This document shows, in pieces, positions 12,047 through 25,489 of a DNA stretch of 64,000 nt. The notes below the pieces were generated by a model, which was not told the DNA's origin, searched no databases, and was given only the letters and a program-made list of their open reading frames with translations. The DNA is from Macrostomum lignano. Its lineage: Eukaryota. Position numbers and translations under genes: made by a program. Where the stretch lies: contig NIVC01004009.1 in the NCBI GenBank assembly GCA_002269645.1, positions 1 to 64,000 of the forward strand, read 5' to 3'. Numbering within the stretch: position 1 is the stretch's first letter; every line of letters starts with the position of its first letter.

Positions 12047-14090
12047 CAATAGACGCTACCAGAATAATACAACAGACGCTACAAGAATAATACAATAGAC
12101 GCTACAAGAATAATACAATAGACGCTACCAGAATAATACAATAGACGCTACCAGAATAATACAATAGACGCTACCAGAATAATACAATAGACGCTACAAG
12201 AATAATACAATAGACGCTACCAGAATAATACAATAGACGCTACCAGAATAATACAATAGACGCTACCAGAATAATACAATAGACGCTACCAGAATAATAC
12301 AATAGACGCTACCAGAATAATACAATAGACGCTACCAGAATAATACAATAGACGCTACCAGAATAATACAATAGACGCTACCAGAATAATACAATAGACG
12401 CTACCAGAATAATACAATAGACGCTACAAGAATAATACAATAGACGCTACCAGAATAATACAATAGACGCTACCAGAATAATACAATAGACGCTACCAGA
12501 ATAATACAATAGACGCTACAAGAATAATACAATAGACGCTACCAGAATAATACAATAGACGCTACCAGAATAATACAATAGACGCTACCAGAATAATACA
12601 ATAGACGCTACCAGAATAATACAATAGACGCTACCAGAATAATACAATAGACGCTACCAGAATAATACAATAGACGCTACCAGAATAATACAATAGACGC
12701 TACTAGAATAATACAATAGACGCTAAAAGAATAATACAATAGACGCTACAAGAATAATACAATAGACGCTACCAGAATAATACAATAGACGCTACAAGAA
12801 TAATACAATAGACGCTACAAGAATAATACAATAGACACTACAAGAATAATACAATAGACGCTACCAGAATAATACAATAGACGCTACCAGAATAATACAA
12901 TAGACGCTACCAGAATAATACAATAGACGCTACCAGAATAATACAATAGACGCTACAAGAATAATACAATAGACACTACAAGAATAATACAATAGACGCT
13001 ACCAGAATAATACAATAGACGCTACCAGAATAATACAATAGACGCTACAAGAATAATACAATAGACGCTACCAGAATAATACAATAGACGCTACAAGAAT
13101 AATACAATAGACGCTACAAGAATAATACAATAGACGCTACCAGAATAATACAATAGACGCTACCAGAATAATACAATAGACGCTACCAGAATAATACAAT
13201 AGACGCTACCAGAATAATACAATAGACGCTACCAGAATAATACAATAGACGCTACCAGAATAATACAATAGACGCTACAAGAATAATACAATAGACGCTA
13301 CAAGAATAATACAATAGACGCTACAAGAATAATACAATAGACGCTACAAGAATAATACAATAGACGCTACAAGAATAATACAATAGACGCTACCAGAATA
13401 ATACAATAGACGCTACCAGAATAATACAATAGACGCTACCAGAATAATACAATAGACGCTACAAGAATAATACAATAGACGCTAAAAGAATAATACAATA
13501 GACACTACAAGAATAATACAATAGACGCTACCAGAATAATACAATAGACGCTACCAGAATAATACAATAGACGCTACAAGAATAATACAATAGACGCTAC
13601 CAGAATAATACAATAGACGCTACAAGAATAATACAATAGACGCTACAAGAATAATACAATAGACGCTACCAGAATAATACAATAGACGTTACCAGAATAA
13701 TACAATAGACGCTACCAGAATAATACAATAGACGCTACCAGAATAATACAATAGACGCTAAAAGAATAATACAATAGACACTACAAGAATAATACAATAG
13801 ACGCTACCAGAATAATACAATAGACGCTGCAAGAATAATACAATAGACACTACCAGAATAATACAATAGACGCTACAAGAATAATACAATAGACACTACA
13901 AGAATAATACAATAGACGCTACCAGAATAATACAACAGACGCTACAAGAATAATACAATAGACGCTACAAGAATAATACAATAGACGCTACAAGAATAAT
14001 ACAATAGACGCTACCAGAATAATACAATAGACGCTACCAGACTTATATAGTGAACGCTACAAGAATATTACAATAGACGCTACCAGATTT
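12047..14090. repeat. 23-bp minisatellite, about 88 copies
   Basis: Unit ACAATAGACGCTAC(C/A)AGAATAAT, head-to-tail. Confidence 0.97.
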
Positions 14091-14108
14091 CGTAGAATAC
14101 TTCCAAAA

Positions 14109-14388
14109 TGTACTATTTTATTTGTTCTAAAGACAAATAACTTTTGCTCAAACTCTCGGCAGGTTTTTGACTATTGCCACAACGCACTCTCACGAACAAA
14201 TTCAAGCCATCGTTCCTTTTATATTTAACTGCTAAATGACACACAAAAGATTGGGGTGGGGCTGAGATTGCATGTACACTAAGCGATAATGGGGGCGGGG
14301 CCCGGAGACGTACATATCTTCGATATACTAAAAATGAGACCTACAACTATAACTAACAACGAAACATAAATACAAAGCCTACGCAACA
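14109..14388 (-). mobile_element. 3' LTR of BEL/Pao element (280 bp)
   Basis: Minus strand: PPT GGAGGGGGGAA, then TGTTGCG...TAGTACA (TG..CA) containing TATAAAA and AATAAA. Confidence 0.85.
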
Positions 14389-17300
14389 TTCCCCCCTCCT
14401 GATAGAACACAATCAGCAATCAAATTCGCGAAGATGCACCGCCTCCGCAGCAAAGACCGTTAATGCACATTCACCAAATATTCGAATGAGGAACCCTCCG
14501 ATGCAATAAAAAAATAATGTCAATAAACCTGAACGGCTACTACAAAACCAAAAAGCGCGTGTTACGATTGAAAAAAAAGAACACATGGGCAAAGGCGTTC
14601 AAAACCGCTTAAATTTAACAGCCTATAGCCAGCACAAAGTGCATAAACCAAAAGGAAAACGAAAAAAACCCTCCACCAAAAAATAACACTAAATGTGAAA
14701 CAAAATTTCAAGCTGCTACACTATCCTGGACCGCAAACGCTATCAGCACCAAAAGGTCACGCAACACTGACAGACCAAAAATAACTGCTGTGCTCCGAAA
14801 AAAAACGTGTCACATCGTCAAGGCCAAAAATCAGTCAGCTGGCTCCGCTTGACTCTCAAGCAGACACAGCTTATTTACCGATCTCACTAGCACTTTCTGG
14901 CCGACTTGCACGTTGACGACTCTGACTCGTCCGTCCCGGCCGGGGAAGACGTTGACAATCCGACCTAGCGGCCAGTGACCTCGCGGAGAGTCGGTTTGCA
15001 CGATCAGCACCACGTCGCCAGCTTGCAAGTCCCGCTGTGACTTGGTCCACTTGGTTCGGCGCTGGAGGCCTGGCAGCCACTCCTGCATCCACCGCCGCCA
15101 CACATGCCGGACCAACTCCTGAACGCGCCGCCAGCGTCGGCGTGGGTCTTTTGCAACATCAGCTGAGATGTCCGGCGCGAACTGACCACCCGCCTGTCCG
15201 TGCAGGAAGTGATTAGGCGTCAGTGGGACTTCGTCCTTAGGATTGGCTGACTGGTATGTGATCGGCCGCGAATTGATCAGTGCCTCGACTCCGACTACCG
15301 CTGACTGAAACTCCTCGTCGTTCACTTCCGCATTGCTGAGCACAACTTGCAGCGCTCGCTTAACAGCTCGCACCATGATCTCGTGCGCTCCTCCAAAGTG
15401 CGGTGCGGCTGGAGGCTGGAAGTTCCATCTGATTCTGTGATTCGAAGCCGCCTGCTGCACCTTTGACCTGCTCAACTCTTCCAAGCTCCGCAGCTCTTCA
15501 GCACCCTTCACGAAATTGCCTCCATTATCTGAATGCATCTGCTTCGGTAGTCCTCGCCGACCGACCATTCGAAAAAATGCATTTAGGAAGGAGTCTGCAT
15601 CAAGACCGAATGTCACCTCCAGGTGTACGGCACGCGTCTCCAGACACGTAAACAATACGATGTATCGCTTCTGTCTCGCCCTGCCTCGTCCTTGGACAGT
15701 CAGAAACGGCCCGCCCATGTCTACGGCTGTATTGGTGAAGGCCTTCAACGACCCTTCGAGACGTACTTCGGGTAATGGCGCCATCAACTGGTCTATCGGC
15801 TTGGCTTTGCTCCTCCTGCAGACTGCGCATTCCTGTTCCCACTCGCGAATGGCCTCTCGAGCGCTGACGATCCAATACCGGGCCGAGATCGCGGCTAGCG
15901 TCTGATTGGTTCCGCCATGCAGCTGCTCCTCGTGATGCTGCTTGATCACCAGCTTCGTAATCCAGTGTCTTCGAGGCAAGATGATGGGGTGCCTAGCATC
16001 GTATGACATCTGCTGGCTGAACTTTAGCCTCCCGTCTACTCGCATCAATCCCGCAGCGTCCATCACGGGTTTCAGGCACGACAACTGTTTATCTCGATCC
16101 TTAACCATCCGGAAACCTTCCTTTTGCGCCAATCGCACGAGCTGCTCTTCGACGTCATTCAGTTCCTCTCCGGTCAACTCACCATCAACCCTGAGCACCT
16201 GCGTCCGCTGGCAGTTTCTAATGAAGCGCAACACCCAGGCCGTAATACGCTGCAGTCTCCGAAAACTCGAGAACCGCGCCGGGTCCAGTCTCCAGTCCGA
16301 CGTCTCTAGCTCGGCTGACGTCAAGAACGACCTCTCCTCCGATGCAACGTCCACTGTTCTTATGTTCCTACACGTCGATTTCGTCTCTGGCTTCGCTGGC
16401 TCAGCTGGAAGTGCTCTCTCTGGCCACACCTGCTCACTTCGCATCAGAAACTCTGGTCCGTGCATCCACAGCTCATTGCGGCTCAGCTCCTCCGCGTTGC
16501 AGCCTCGCGACAGCACATCGGCTGGGTTCAACTTCGTGGGCACGTAGCGCCATTGATTAATTCGGAATTCCTGCTGAATGAACGCGACTCGGTTGGCGAC
16601 AAACGGCTTGAGCACTCGGCTTTGCTTTCTGATCCACCACAATACGTTTTGGCTGTCACTCCACAATACCATCTTGCTCCGTTCCACTTCCAACGCCTCA
16701 GAAACCACTTTGGCCAGCTTTACGCCCAACACCGCTGCCATCAGCTCGAGTCTTGGAACGCTGACCGTCTGCAGAGGGGCTACTCGAGACTTTGCTCCTA
16801 CGAGCCGCACGGTTGATGCTTCCGAATTGACTGCACTCCTTAGGTAAATTACAGCTCCATACGCGTCCTGCGATGCGTCAACGAATGTGTGTAGCTCTAC
16901 ATCCTGCATTTGGTCACTTAGACAGCGTGGCACCGAGATTTCACTGGCCGCCGACAGCTTTCTAGACCATTCAGTTGCTTCTGTCACTAAGTCTGGATCC
17001 AACGCTTCGTCCCAGCCAGCACCTAAGCGCCACACCTTCTGCAACAGAATCTTCCCTTGCGTCACAACTGGAGCCACGAAACCGCAAGGGTCAAACACCC
17101 CCGCGATGCACCGCAACATCTGCCGCTTTGTAGTAATCAAGCTTTTGCTGTTCCCGTCATCGATACTGACTAACAGCGTATCCATCCGTGCGTTCCAGCT
17201 TACGCAAAGTGCCTTCGCGGTCGGTGATTCACCCTGCAGTAGTAGCTCAGCGCGTTCTGCCCTGTCTTCAACTGGAATCGATTGCAGGACTTCCTCAGAG

Positions 17301-19090
17301 TTCGAAAGCCACTTCCGAGCTCGCATACCGGCTCTCTTCCACAGCTCCATCAGCTGCTCATACAACTGCTTTGCTTTCTCAACTGTCTCCATGGAGTCGA
17401 GACTGTCGTCCATGTAGGTGGACCTCAAAACCGTCGTTGCCGCCAAAGGCGGTTGATCCTGATGTTGCCTTGCATTTTCTTGTGCCACTAGTTGAGCCAG
17501 GAACGGGGAGCAGTTGACGCCAAAGACCACGCTGCAGAACTCGTATACTTTTGGCTCACATTCCGTTTGCATTCCGCGCCACAAGAACCGAAAGAAGCGG
17601 CGATCATCTGGAGCCAACCGAATTCGAAGATACATTACCTCAATATCACAAACTAGCGTGACCGGATGCTTGCGAAATCTTAGCAGCACGCTGACGAGAT
17701 TGTTTTGCAGCTTCGGTCCGGTGTGGATGGCATCGTTAAGGCTGAGACCGCCACAGCGAGCAGACGCGTCAAAGACTATGCGAGTCTTTGTTGTCTCCTT
17801 GTCCGCTCTCACTACTGCAAAATGTGGCAGGTACCAACTTCCCTGACCGGCGGCTCCGTCGACTTCTTGAATGTAGCCCTTCTCCAGCTGTCCATCAAAC
17901 ACTCGCTGATACGCCTGCGCCAGCTCCGGGTTCTTCTTAAGCCGTTGCTCCGTATTAACGAGCCGCTGTCGCGCCATATCCTTGTTGTCTGGCAACGTTG
18001 TCGGATCCATCTTCCATGGGATCGCCACCTAGTAACGACCGGCCTCCATCCTCATTGAACTCTTCGTCAATTGAACGGTCTCTTGCTCTCCCATCGACAA
18101 CGTGGCCATCGCTCCACCGTCGGGGACCTCATCCACCTCCCAGAAACGCTTTAAAACGCCATCCAAGTCTCCATCAGCAATCGATAGGAAAGTCCTCTGT
18201 CGTCCAGCTTCCGGTCCGTAGTCCCTTATCGGTCCCCCACACACGTCCAACCGATCGGCGTCAGTCGAGCTGTCGGCTCTCCAGGTTGACCCCAGACCTC
18301 ACGGCAGGCGAAGTGTAGATCAACGTGATCGATGCCGATGAGCATGTCAACCGTCTGATTGCCTTCAACTCTGCTGAACGGAATGCCACGCAAATGATGC
18401 CACCGCGACGCTAGCTGACTCTAATCCACGGCCTTCATATCACCCGTCACTTTCTCCGTGGTGTACGCCAAAACCCTAGCTCGAAACGCTCCATCAAGAC
18501 TCTTCAAGTCCACTTCAACCGGCGCTGTCTGGAAGGTATTTACCTGTCCGTTGAGTACTTTAACGTTCATCTTTTCAAACTTCTCTTCCAGCCCAAGTTC
18601 GGCCGCCACGTCCGAGTTCAAATATGTTCTTGTGCTCGCATCATCCAGAAGCGCGTTGACTTGCACCTGTCGGTCTCCATTGGACAAGATCACCGGGACA
18701 GTTCGCAGCGCAACAGCAGCGGTCTCCCTAACTAGCAAAGTACAGGCTTCTCGCTGCTTGTTCATCGTCTCCTTCGGCCTCTCGCCTGAACTTGGCGCCT
18801 TGAGGACCTTCTGCGTCCCCCCTTCGTGGCGTGCCATCGACTCACTCTTTTGCGCTTGGTGGAGCAGCTGGTGATGCCTGGCCTTGCACCCGTCGATGCC
18901 GCAGCTTCGCAATCGTCTGCACGACAAACTCATGTGGTTGCTTCCCAAGCACCCAAAGCACAGCTTCCACTCGCGTACCGCTGCCCATCGAGCTTCAACA
19001 TCCATACGCGCAAACCTAGGGCACGCCCACACTCCATGCTGCTCTCCACAGAGACGACATGACCTACGGTTGTCTGTTGCTGTCTGTCTG
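14389..19090 (-). mobile_element. BEL/Pao retrotransposon internal region (gag knuckles-PR-RT-RNase H-IN), 5'-truncated
   Basis: Knuckles CRLCGEQHGVWAC, CFGCLGSNHMSLSC and CGIDGCKARHHQLLH; protease ALLDDAST; RT YLPH/VFDAS/YMDD; RH HTFVDAS/PRLEL; IN VDMGGP/SDNGGNF. TAG stops at 18029 and 18421 plus a frameshift near 18230. No 5' LTR. Confidence 0.96.
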
Positions 19091-19094
19091 TTGT

Positions 19095-19722
19095 CTGGCT
19101 TGATCAGCGAAACTAGAGAAATTTGCATCAGGGTGTTCATAGTCACCTGGTGTAATCCGTTGAAGGTGCCGACGGCGTCGGGGTGATGATGGAAGGCTCG
19201 AGAGACTAGCTGAGGATACCTAGCAGTTGAGGTATGCCCACTGTCGAGGCTTGATCAGCGAAACTCGAGAAATTCGTATCAGAGTGACCATAGTCACTTG
19301 GTGCCACCTGTTGAAGGTCCAGAAGCTCCGCCTGGGTGAAGGCTAGTGACCAACGAAGTCAGAGTTGATGCAGACACATGTGGTCGACGTGCTGATGAAA
19401 TTTGGAGGCATTGCAAGGCTGCGCTGAGGCGCAGTGCTGATTGGCGCACAGGGGTGTACTGAATACACTAGCGCTTATGGGAAAAATCCGACCTTCTGGA
19501 AGAATCGTCGAATATCTCGACGGTCCGGAGGGCTGGCGACTTGATTCTTGTTTGAGAAGGTGCGCAACAAAAAGTTAGCCCGTGTTCTTGAATTTTGTGT
19601 GTCTGCGTTGCTCCGTTCCGGCGCAGCAAAAAAAATTGTCCCCTTGGTAGTTTTTTGTCCCCCTGAAATTTCCCCCCCCCTTGGTAGTTCGACGGGCGGA
19701 AAAATGGCTTGGTATTCCTACT
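19095..19722. mobile_element. Non-autonomous TIR element, copy B (right TIR only), fused to truncated BEL gag
   Basis: Homologous to 3290-3775; ends GTTCGACGGGCGGAAAAATGGCTTGGTATTCCTACTG followed by TTA; internal duplication of GGCTTGATCAGCGAAACT. Confidence 0.6.
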
Positions 19723-19795
19723 GTTATGTTATGTTATGTTAATGTTAATGCTAATGTTATGTTATTGTTATAATGTTATGTTAATGTTATAATGA
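19721..19795. repeat. Degenerate (TTATG)n microsatellite
   Basis: ttatgttatgttatgttaatgttaatgctaatgttatg... Confidence 0.7.
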
Positions 19796-21059
19796 ACATA
19801 TAATTTGTAGTCTCCTACTGCAAGCGTATGCCAGCCTTGGGCGTAAAAGAGCCAGTGTATGAAACCTTGTAAAACGTAGCATGTTATAATAAACAATCAG
19901 TCTTTAGCGTACGCATTGAATAATAATAATAACTACTTCTTCTTCACAGTAAATCGTCCATAGCTGCTTAGCCATATACTACTGTTAGTAGCGTACTCTT
20001 AAGCCTCCTTCACTAAGTAAAAAGTAGCTACAATTGCGCCGCTCTCCACAGTTTATCGCTACAACTTTTTGTATTTTCATTACACAGCGTGCTTGCCGGC
20101 TGACAAGTGAATTATTGATAGTTTTCAGAATAAAATCTCTTGTATAAAATTTGTCATTTTGAATCAATAGAATAAATAATTTAATTGTAATTTAAAACAA
20201 TTTATATATTTAAACTGACATTGCTAATGACTCTGTTTCAAATTATCAATGATTCAGAAATTCATGGTCGCACTGCTTCTCAGACCCCATGGGGGTGGGT
20301 AGGTACGTTGGTACATTGAGGAAGAGTTTCCCCACACATTTTGCAAGAACCTCCGAGTAAGAAACATGCTGATACGTCACAGTGCAAGTTCAAAACTTTA
20401 AGCAACAACTTTACTGATTAAAAAATATATAGATCTTATGAAAAGTATACGAAAAATTGTGAGGCCTTAAAAAGTCGATAACTTATAGCTCAAAGTCAAT
20501 GTTGGTTCAGCAGCGTTTTGCGTGACTGCGTGCTTCAATTAAGAACGGCAATGGAATTTTATCACACCTTATATATATTAGGCCATATGAATGAAGCGAG
20601 AATTTGCTCGAACTGAGAAGAAACCAGGACCTGCTAAGAGTAACTTCAATGACCAAATTAATAAAAAATTGGAAAGTGATTTTAAACTTGCAAAAGACAA
20701 AATTAATAAAAGTACATGAAGGCTGCACAACAGTGCACTTCTTGGTCAAAGGGAAAATTACATAATTTGTTAGGTAAGAAAAAATAACGAAACAGGTCGA
20801 AGTTAAAAAGCAAAGCAAATAAACTGTCAACGATAAAAACCCTAAAAATCTACAGCGGGTGCCGAGACTGAGTACGGGAGTACATGTAAATAAAAAAAGC
20901 GCTCGGGCAGCAGCAACTTTATAGTCAGTAGTTAGTCATATTCCAGTCAGTATCCGATCTGAACGCGCCGTTCAAGACACTACATGCAACATTGTCGGTA
21001 CATAATTCAGAAAAGCCTCAAGCGAAAACATAGAAATGGTCAATAGATAAACAAAGCTT

Positions 21060-24000
21060 TCAGTCAGAAAGATGCAAAGCCAAAAACTTCTTAGTGGGTC
21101 TCGACTGGGCTGAATTCAAATCTCCAACTGGTACTCCGGTCCTACCAGTGGCTGCTCGAAGCGCCTCAGTCTCGGCCTCGAATATCAGCCGGGTCTCCTC
21201 AACGAACTCCGCAGCCATGTGCGCGACGCTTCCAGCACAATTTGGGTCGCAGTTCCAGGCCTCCAATAATTCGGGAATCAAAGTCTTCATGGGCTTCTGT
21301 CCGCTCGAGTGCTCCGCTTTATTTCTCAACTCCTGCCAGATCACAAGCCAAGCAAATGGCTGCTGGAACTGAAACGCTTTTGATTCTCGAGCGCTCAGCA
21401 AATCAACGAGCGCATTTACTCTCTGATTCGCTTCATCATTTGCGGATGCCTTCAGCTTGAGCAAATTTGAAAGTTTCTTGTTAATCTCCGTTCTTCGATT
21501 TTCGTGACTTTGTTTCTGTAATCCGCAAATCAACTTTTTTGTCTCATCCTTTTTTACAGTCATATACCTGAAACCGTATGGGAAGTAATCAAGCCTCTTT
21601 TCCATTTCGTAGCCATCCAGTTTTGCAGTTAATCCATCCATTGCACTTTTTGCGAGTTTCAGGGTTTCCATGATGGCATTATAATAATCGTTCTCAGTCT
21701 GTTTCCCGAGCTGCTCTACTCGCTCCAGAGCCAGTCTCGATTTCTGCAGATCCGTCTGGACCAGAGGCGACGTTTCTGTGTAGTTTTCATTGTCCTCCTG
21801 TGACGCGATGCTGATCAGAGCGAGCAGCTCGTACGAGTCCTTGCTGAACAGCCACGGCACGATCTGCACTGGTCTGTCGGGGTGCTCAGGACAGTACTTC
21901 TGCTTGATGGCTTCTAGAGGGAACCGCCGCTGATGATCCCGTCGGTTGTCCAGCAAGAGTCGAGCGGGCTGGCACGCCTCCGGGTTTCCAAGTCGGAGAG
22001 CCTCGACAATCAAGTCTCTCTTTTCAGCCCCATCTCTCGATTCGGCACGTTTGAGCAAAGCGGACGACAGCAGAGAGTTTTTACGAGGATTATCAGACTG
22101 GAGTTTTTGGAAGTTTTCATCTGCAGCTTGGAAGTCTTGAAGGCGAAGGTATAACAGACCAAGATGCTCGTACACCAACTGGTGATCCGAGTTTTCACTT
22201 TGCAGCGCCTTCTGAAAGCGTTCGAAAATAATTTGTGTAGATTGAAGATCCCAGTTCATGATGTGCAGCCTGAACCAAGCCTCCAGTTCGGGTCTTTCTG
22301 TCCGTTCGCATAGAATTTGCAATATTTTTTCTTTTTTCCAAGGAGGAAAGTAAACTCTGACATCAGGACACACTTGAACTGCTTCGACCATCGACTCAAA
22401 GCCGCTGTCAACGAGCTGCCGCCGACACATGTAGGCTCCCTTGGCATACTGAATGGCAGCTTTGTCTCTGTAATTATCCTTGTATTTGGCTATCATCGTA
22501 TCAAACTCGTCCACAATAAACTCGTGCGTGAAGTCATTCAGTCTTTCCTCTCTGTAGTCCTGCAAACACACGTCTACCCAAATGTGTCCAGGCTCAAGGG
22601 CCTCCTGCTGAGCTCGGATGAGCAGCCTCTCATACTCTTCATAGTCAGATTCGTTTTCCATCAGTTTTGCCAATGAAAAAAATAACTGAGAGTTTTTTGT
22701 TACATCTTTTAGGCTGAGTAAGATGCTTCGTGGGGTTTGAGTGTCATTCAATTGCAATTTGAGAATTCGAAACACTTTTTCACATTTAAGAGCGATTCGG
22801 TAGTGGCATTCTAAATCTTCTGCGTTCAGGTTCTTTAATGCCAGAAACGTTTCAGAAGCCAAGCTTTCGCACTTTTCTCTTAGGTCAGCGTTATTCAAAA
22901 GTGCCTCTGAATAGTTAATTAAAAACTGCTGGTAATACAGTCGAATTTCTTTGGGCGCATCGTCCAGGTTCTGCAAGTTAGCGAGCTCCTCGCTTCGCTT
23001 CCACAGGAGCAGCTCTTCTGGACCCGCAGGAGCCCTGTTGTTGCGGTATCTGCGCAAGCGCGCTAAAATGTACGCCAGCAGGTAGACGCACATGAAATTG
23101 TCGGGTCGCAAGCTCAAGCTGGTCCTAACAGCTTCCTCTGCCTGGACGTATTTCTCTATCCCTTGGTTAAACAGTGCCAGTGCCTTGACGTGAAATGCAT
23201 TGGCTCTGACTTCGATTCGCTGTGCATTATCTGGAACGTTCCAAGCCTGACCCAGAGCCTTTACGCGTTCATCGAACTCAGGAGACATTTTCTTTTGTTG
23301 TTGATCAAGATGAAGAGAGATGGCCTCCAGGACAAAGTCGCACCTAACGTGATGTTGATGGGCACTATTGCCAGCTTCTATAGCATCCTTCAGGTGCTTT
23401 CTTGCCTTGCTAAAATCAATCAGTTTGCGGCTTGGAGAAGCAGCAGAATGGTAAGCAGCAAGCAGACCTCCATACGCTGCGGATAGCATCGGCTCCAGCT
23501 TAAGTTTTTCAGACAGTTTGCGAATTACATCCTCTGGAGTTCTTAGTGAGCCTTCGTGAGCATTCCACTTGAAGGGGCTCTCAGCGTCCTTTAGCTGGTG
23601 TGGCTCCGCAGAGATTTCCTGATGTAAAATGGAATTAAATTTGGACAATCGGTAAAATAAAGTTGAATAAAGTACATATAGGTGAATTGATAAATAAAAA
23701 CACGATGCATTTTATACATCGAGTCTCCATGTAATGCATCGAATCGATGCATTTGAGTCTCCTAGTGACAAACCAATGTTACTTGGTACGACGGATAAGG
23801 GAACACAGCATCTGTTTTCTAACTTCCTGTCTGCGCTTAAAAGCGATTGTTTCTGTGTTTCACATAGTGCAATGATGTACGCACTTTGCTGCTTTTGAAT
23901 CATTCTGCAAACCTTTCCCCTGTCAGACAATAGGATTAAATCGATTCGTTCTATAGTTGTAGTTAAAATTCAGCAGATCGAGTTGACTCACAGAGAGAAC

Positions 24001-24385
24001 CGGATTCGGCTTTACGATGTCCTCAAAGCTCATTGACCGGCCATCATTCATAGACCCTTGCTGATTGGCAGACAGCCGAGCGATCTGATCAAGCCTTGCT
24101 CTGGGGCTTGCTTTGTCTGCCAGTCTAGCCGCAAGCCGGTCCGAGCATCCGAACCGATAGCTGAACTCGAGACCGTTTCTGATAAAGAACTTAATTGCCG
24201 CTGCTGCATCGCTCTCTTCTCCGAAGCGAATGAATCCGATTGAGTACTTTGGATTGGCTGGAAGGGCCTTGACGGACTTAATCGGCTGAGTAATCTTTCT
24301 GTTCATGATGAGGCTATTGACAAGGACCTGTCGAATCCAATCATCGCTGCACGACACCGGCAAATTCCACAAGGACGAGACTGCG
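21060..24385 (-). CDS. RRM + IFIT/TTC22-like TPR + putative HEPN-like protein, paralog 2 (exons about 24385-23992 and 23618-21060; 5' part not found)
   Basis: RRM ..LWNLPV/SIGFIRF; EDIVKPNPVLS followed by a phase-0 intron (GTGAGT..CATCAG) at the same position as paralog 1; open 2.5-kb exon; C-terminal 237 aa differ from paralog 1 at two residues. Confidence 0.85.
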
Positions 24386-24409
24386 TGCGCTTGGTAACTA
24401 AAACAGCCG

Positions 24410-24860
24410 GGGAAAGTACAAGCAGAACTGGTTCCAAAAGTTCCGGTACCCGTCAGCAATCGGGGCAATCGATTGCACACATGTACGGATCGAGAAGCCT
24501 GGAGGTGCGGTGGGGAACGAGTATGTCAACCGCAAGGGCTTTGCATCCATCAATGTTCAAGCCACTTGCGACGAGATTTTCAAATTCACGAGCGTAGATG
24601 CATCGTGGCCTGGCTCGGTGCACGACAACCGGATCTTCAAGAATTCTGAAATCTACGGCGATCTCTCCAACCGCCAGGGTGTCGTGTTGCTAGGAGACGA
24701 GGGCTACGGCATAGCCCCTTTCATTATGAAGCCGTTCAAGGAGCCGAACCAGCCGCAGGAGATTCTGTTCAATCGGGTGCACTCAAACGCTAGAGTAGTT
24801 ATCGAAAATTCCTTCGGTCAGTTGAAGCGGCGCTTCCCCATCCTCAAATACATGATCAGA
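24410..24860 (+). mobile_element. PIF/Harbinger (DDE_Tnp_4-type) transposase fragment
   Basis: FRYPSAIGAIDCTHVRI..YVNRKG..SINVQATCD..WPGSVHDNRIF..LLGDEGY..IENSFGQLKRRFPIL; no TIRs recognised. Confidence 0.92.
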
Positions 24861-25489
24861 GTGAGTGCTGCCGCTTCTCTTGCTGCTGCTGCAGCTCTGC
24901 CTGTCTATGGCTTTAAGCAGCCAGGCTGCTGCTCAAGCGGTTGAGCAAATTCTCTGAGTCTGAGTTTTTTGTTTATTCATACTGAATTGTTGCATTTGCT
25001 CTGACTCTGAGTATTTACTCAGCCTCGAGAAAATGCTCCAGCTCAGAGTGCGAGCATTTGCTGATTTTATTCATACGGCCTATTGTACGCACCTGTGCAT
25101 TTTTTGCACACTGTGGCACAAGCGCTCACGCCCCGACCGGCGGAAGCGCGCAGCGAATAATAGCAAGAGGAACCACCGACAGCAGCCAGAGTAAAGCACT
25201 GCTCATCGTCAAAACTAGTCGATTTTATATCTATTAAACGACTAAACAATAATTAAATAAAGTTCCGAAGCTAAAAGCATGACAAAAACGAATCAAAGGT
25301 AAAAGCTAATATATAACATGTGTAAGTGTGGGAAATGACATTCACCCAGAAACTGTTTTTGGAGTGGAAGCCTCAACATGTTGCGGAGTTGTCACGCGCG
25401 CTCGTAATTCGGCCATTATTCAACGGCTAGCTAAAGCTCAGGCCGAAATGAGGCTACGCCATGCGGGTGGCCGGAAAACTTTTTTTACC

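Noticed and set aside
12047-14090. CRISPR array
   Set aside because: Units are head-to-tail with no unique spacers, no cas genes, eukaryotic context; the same applies to the 15-, 30- and 40-bp arrays.
14871-18874. Plus-strand ORFs over the BEL element, and antisense ORFs over the Gypsy, mariner and TPR exons
   Set aside because: Shadow frames of GC-rich coding sequence without motifs.
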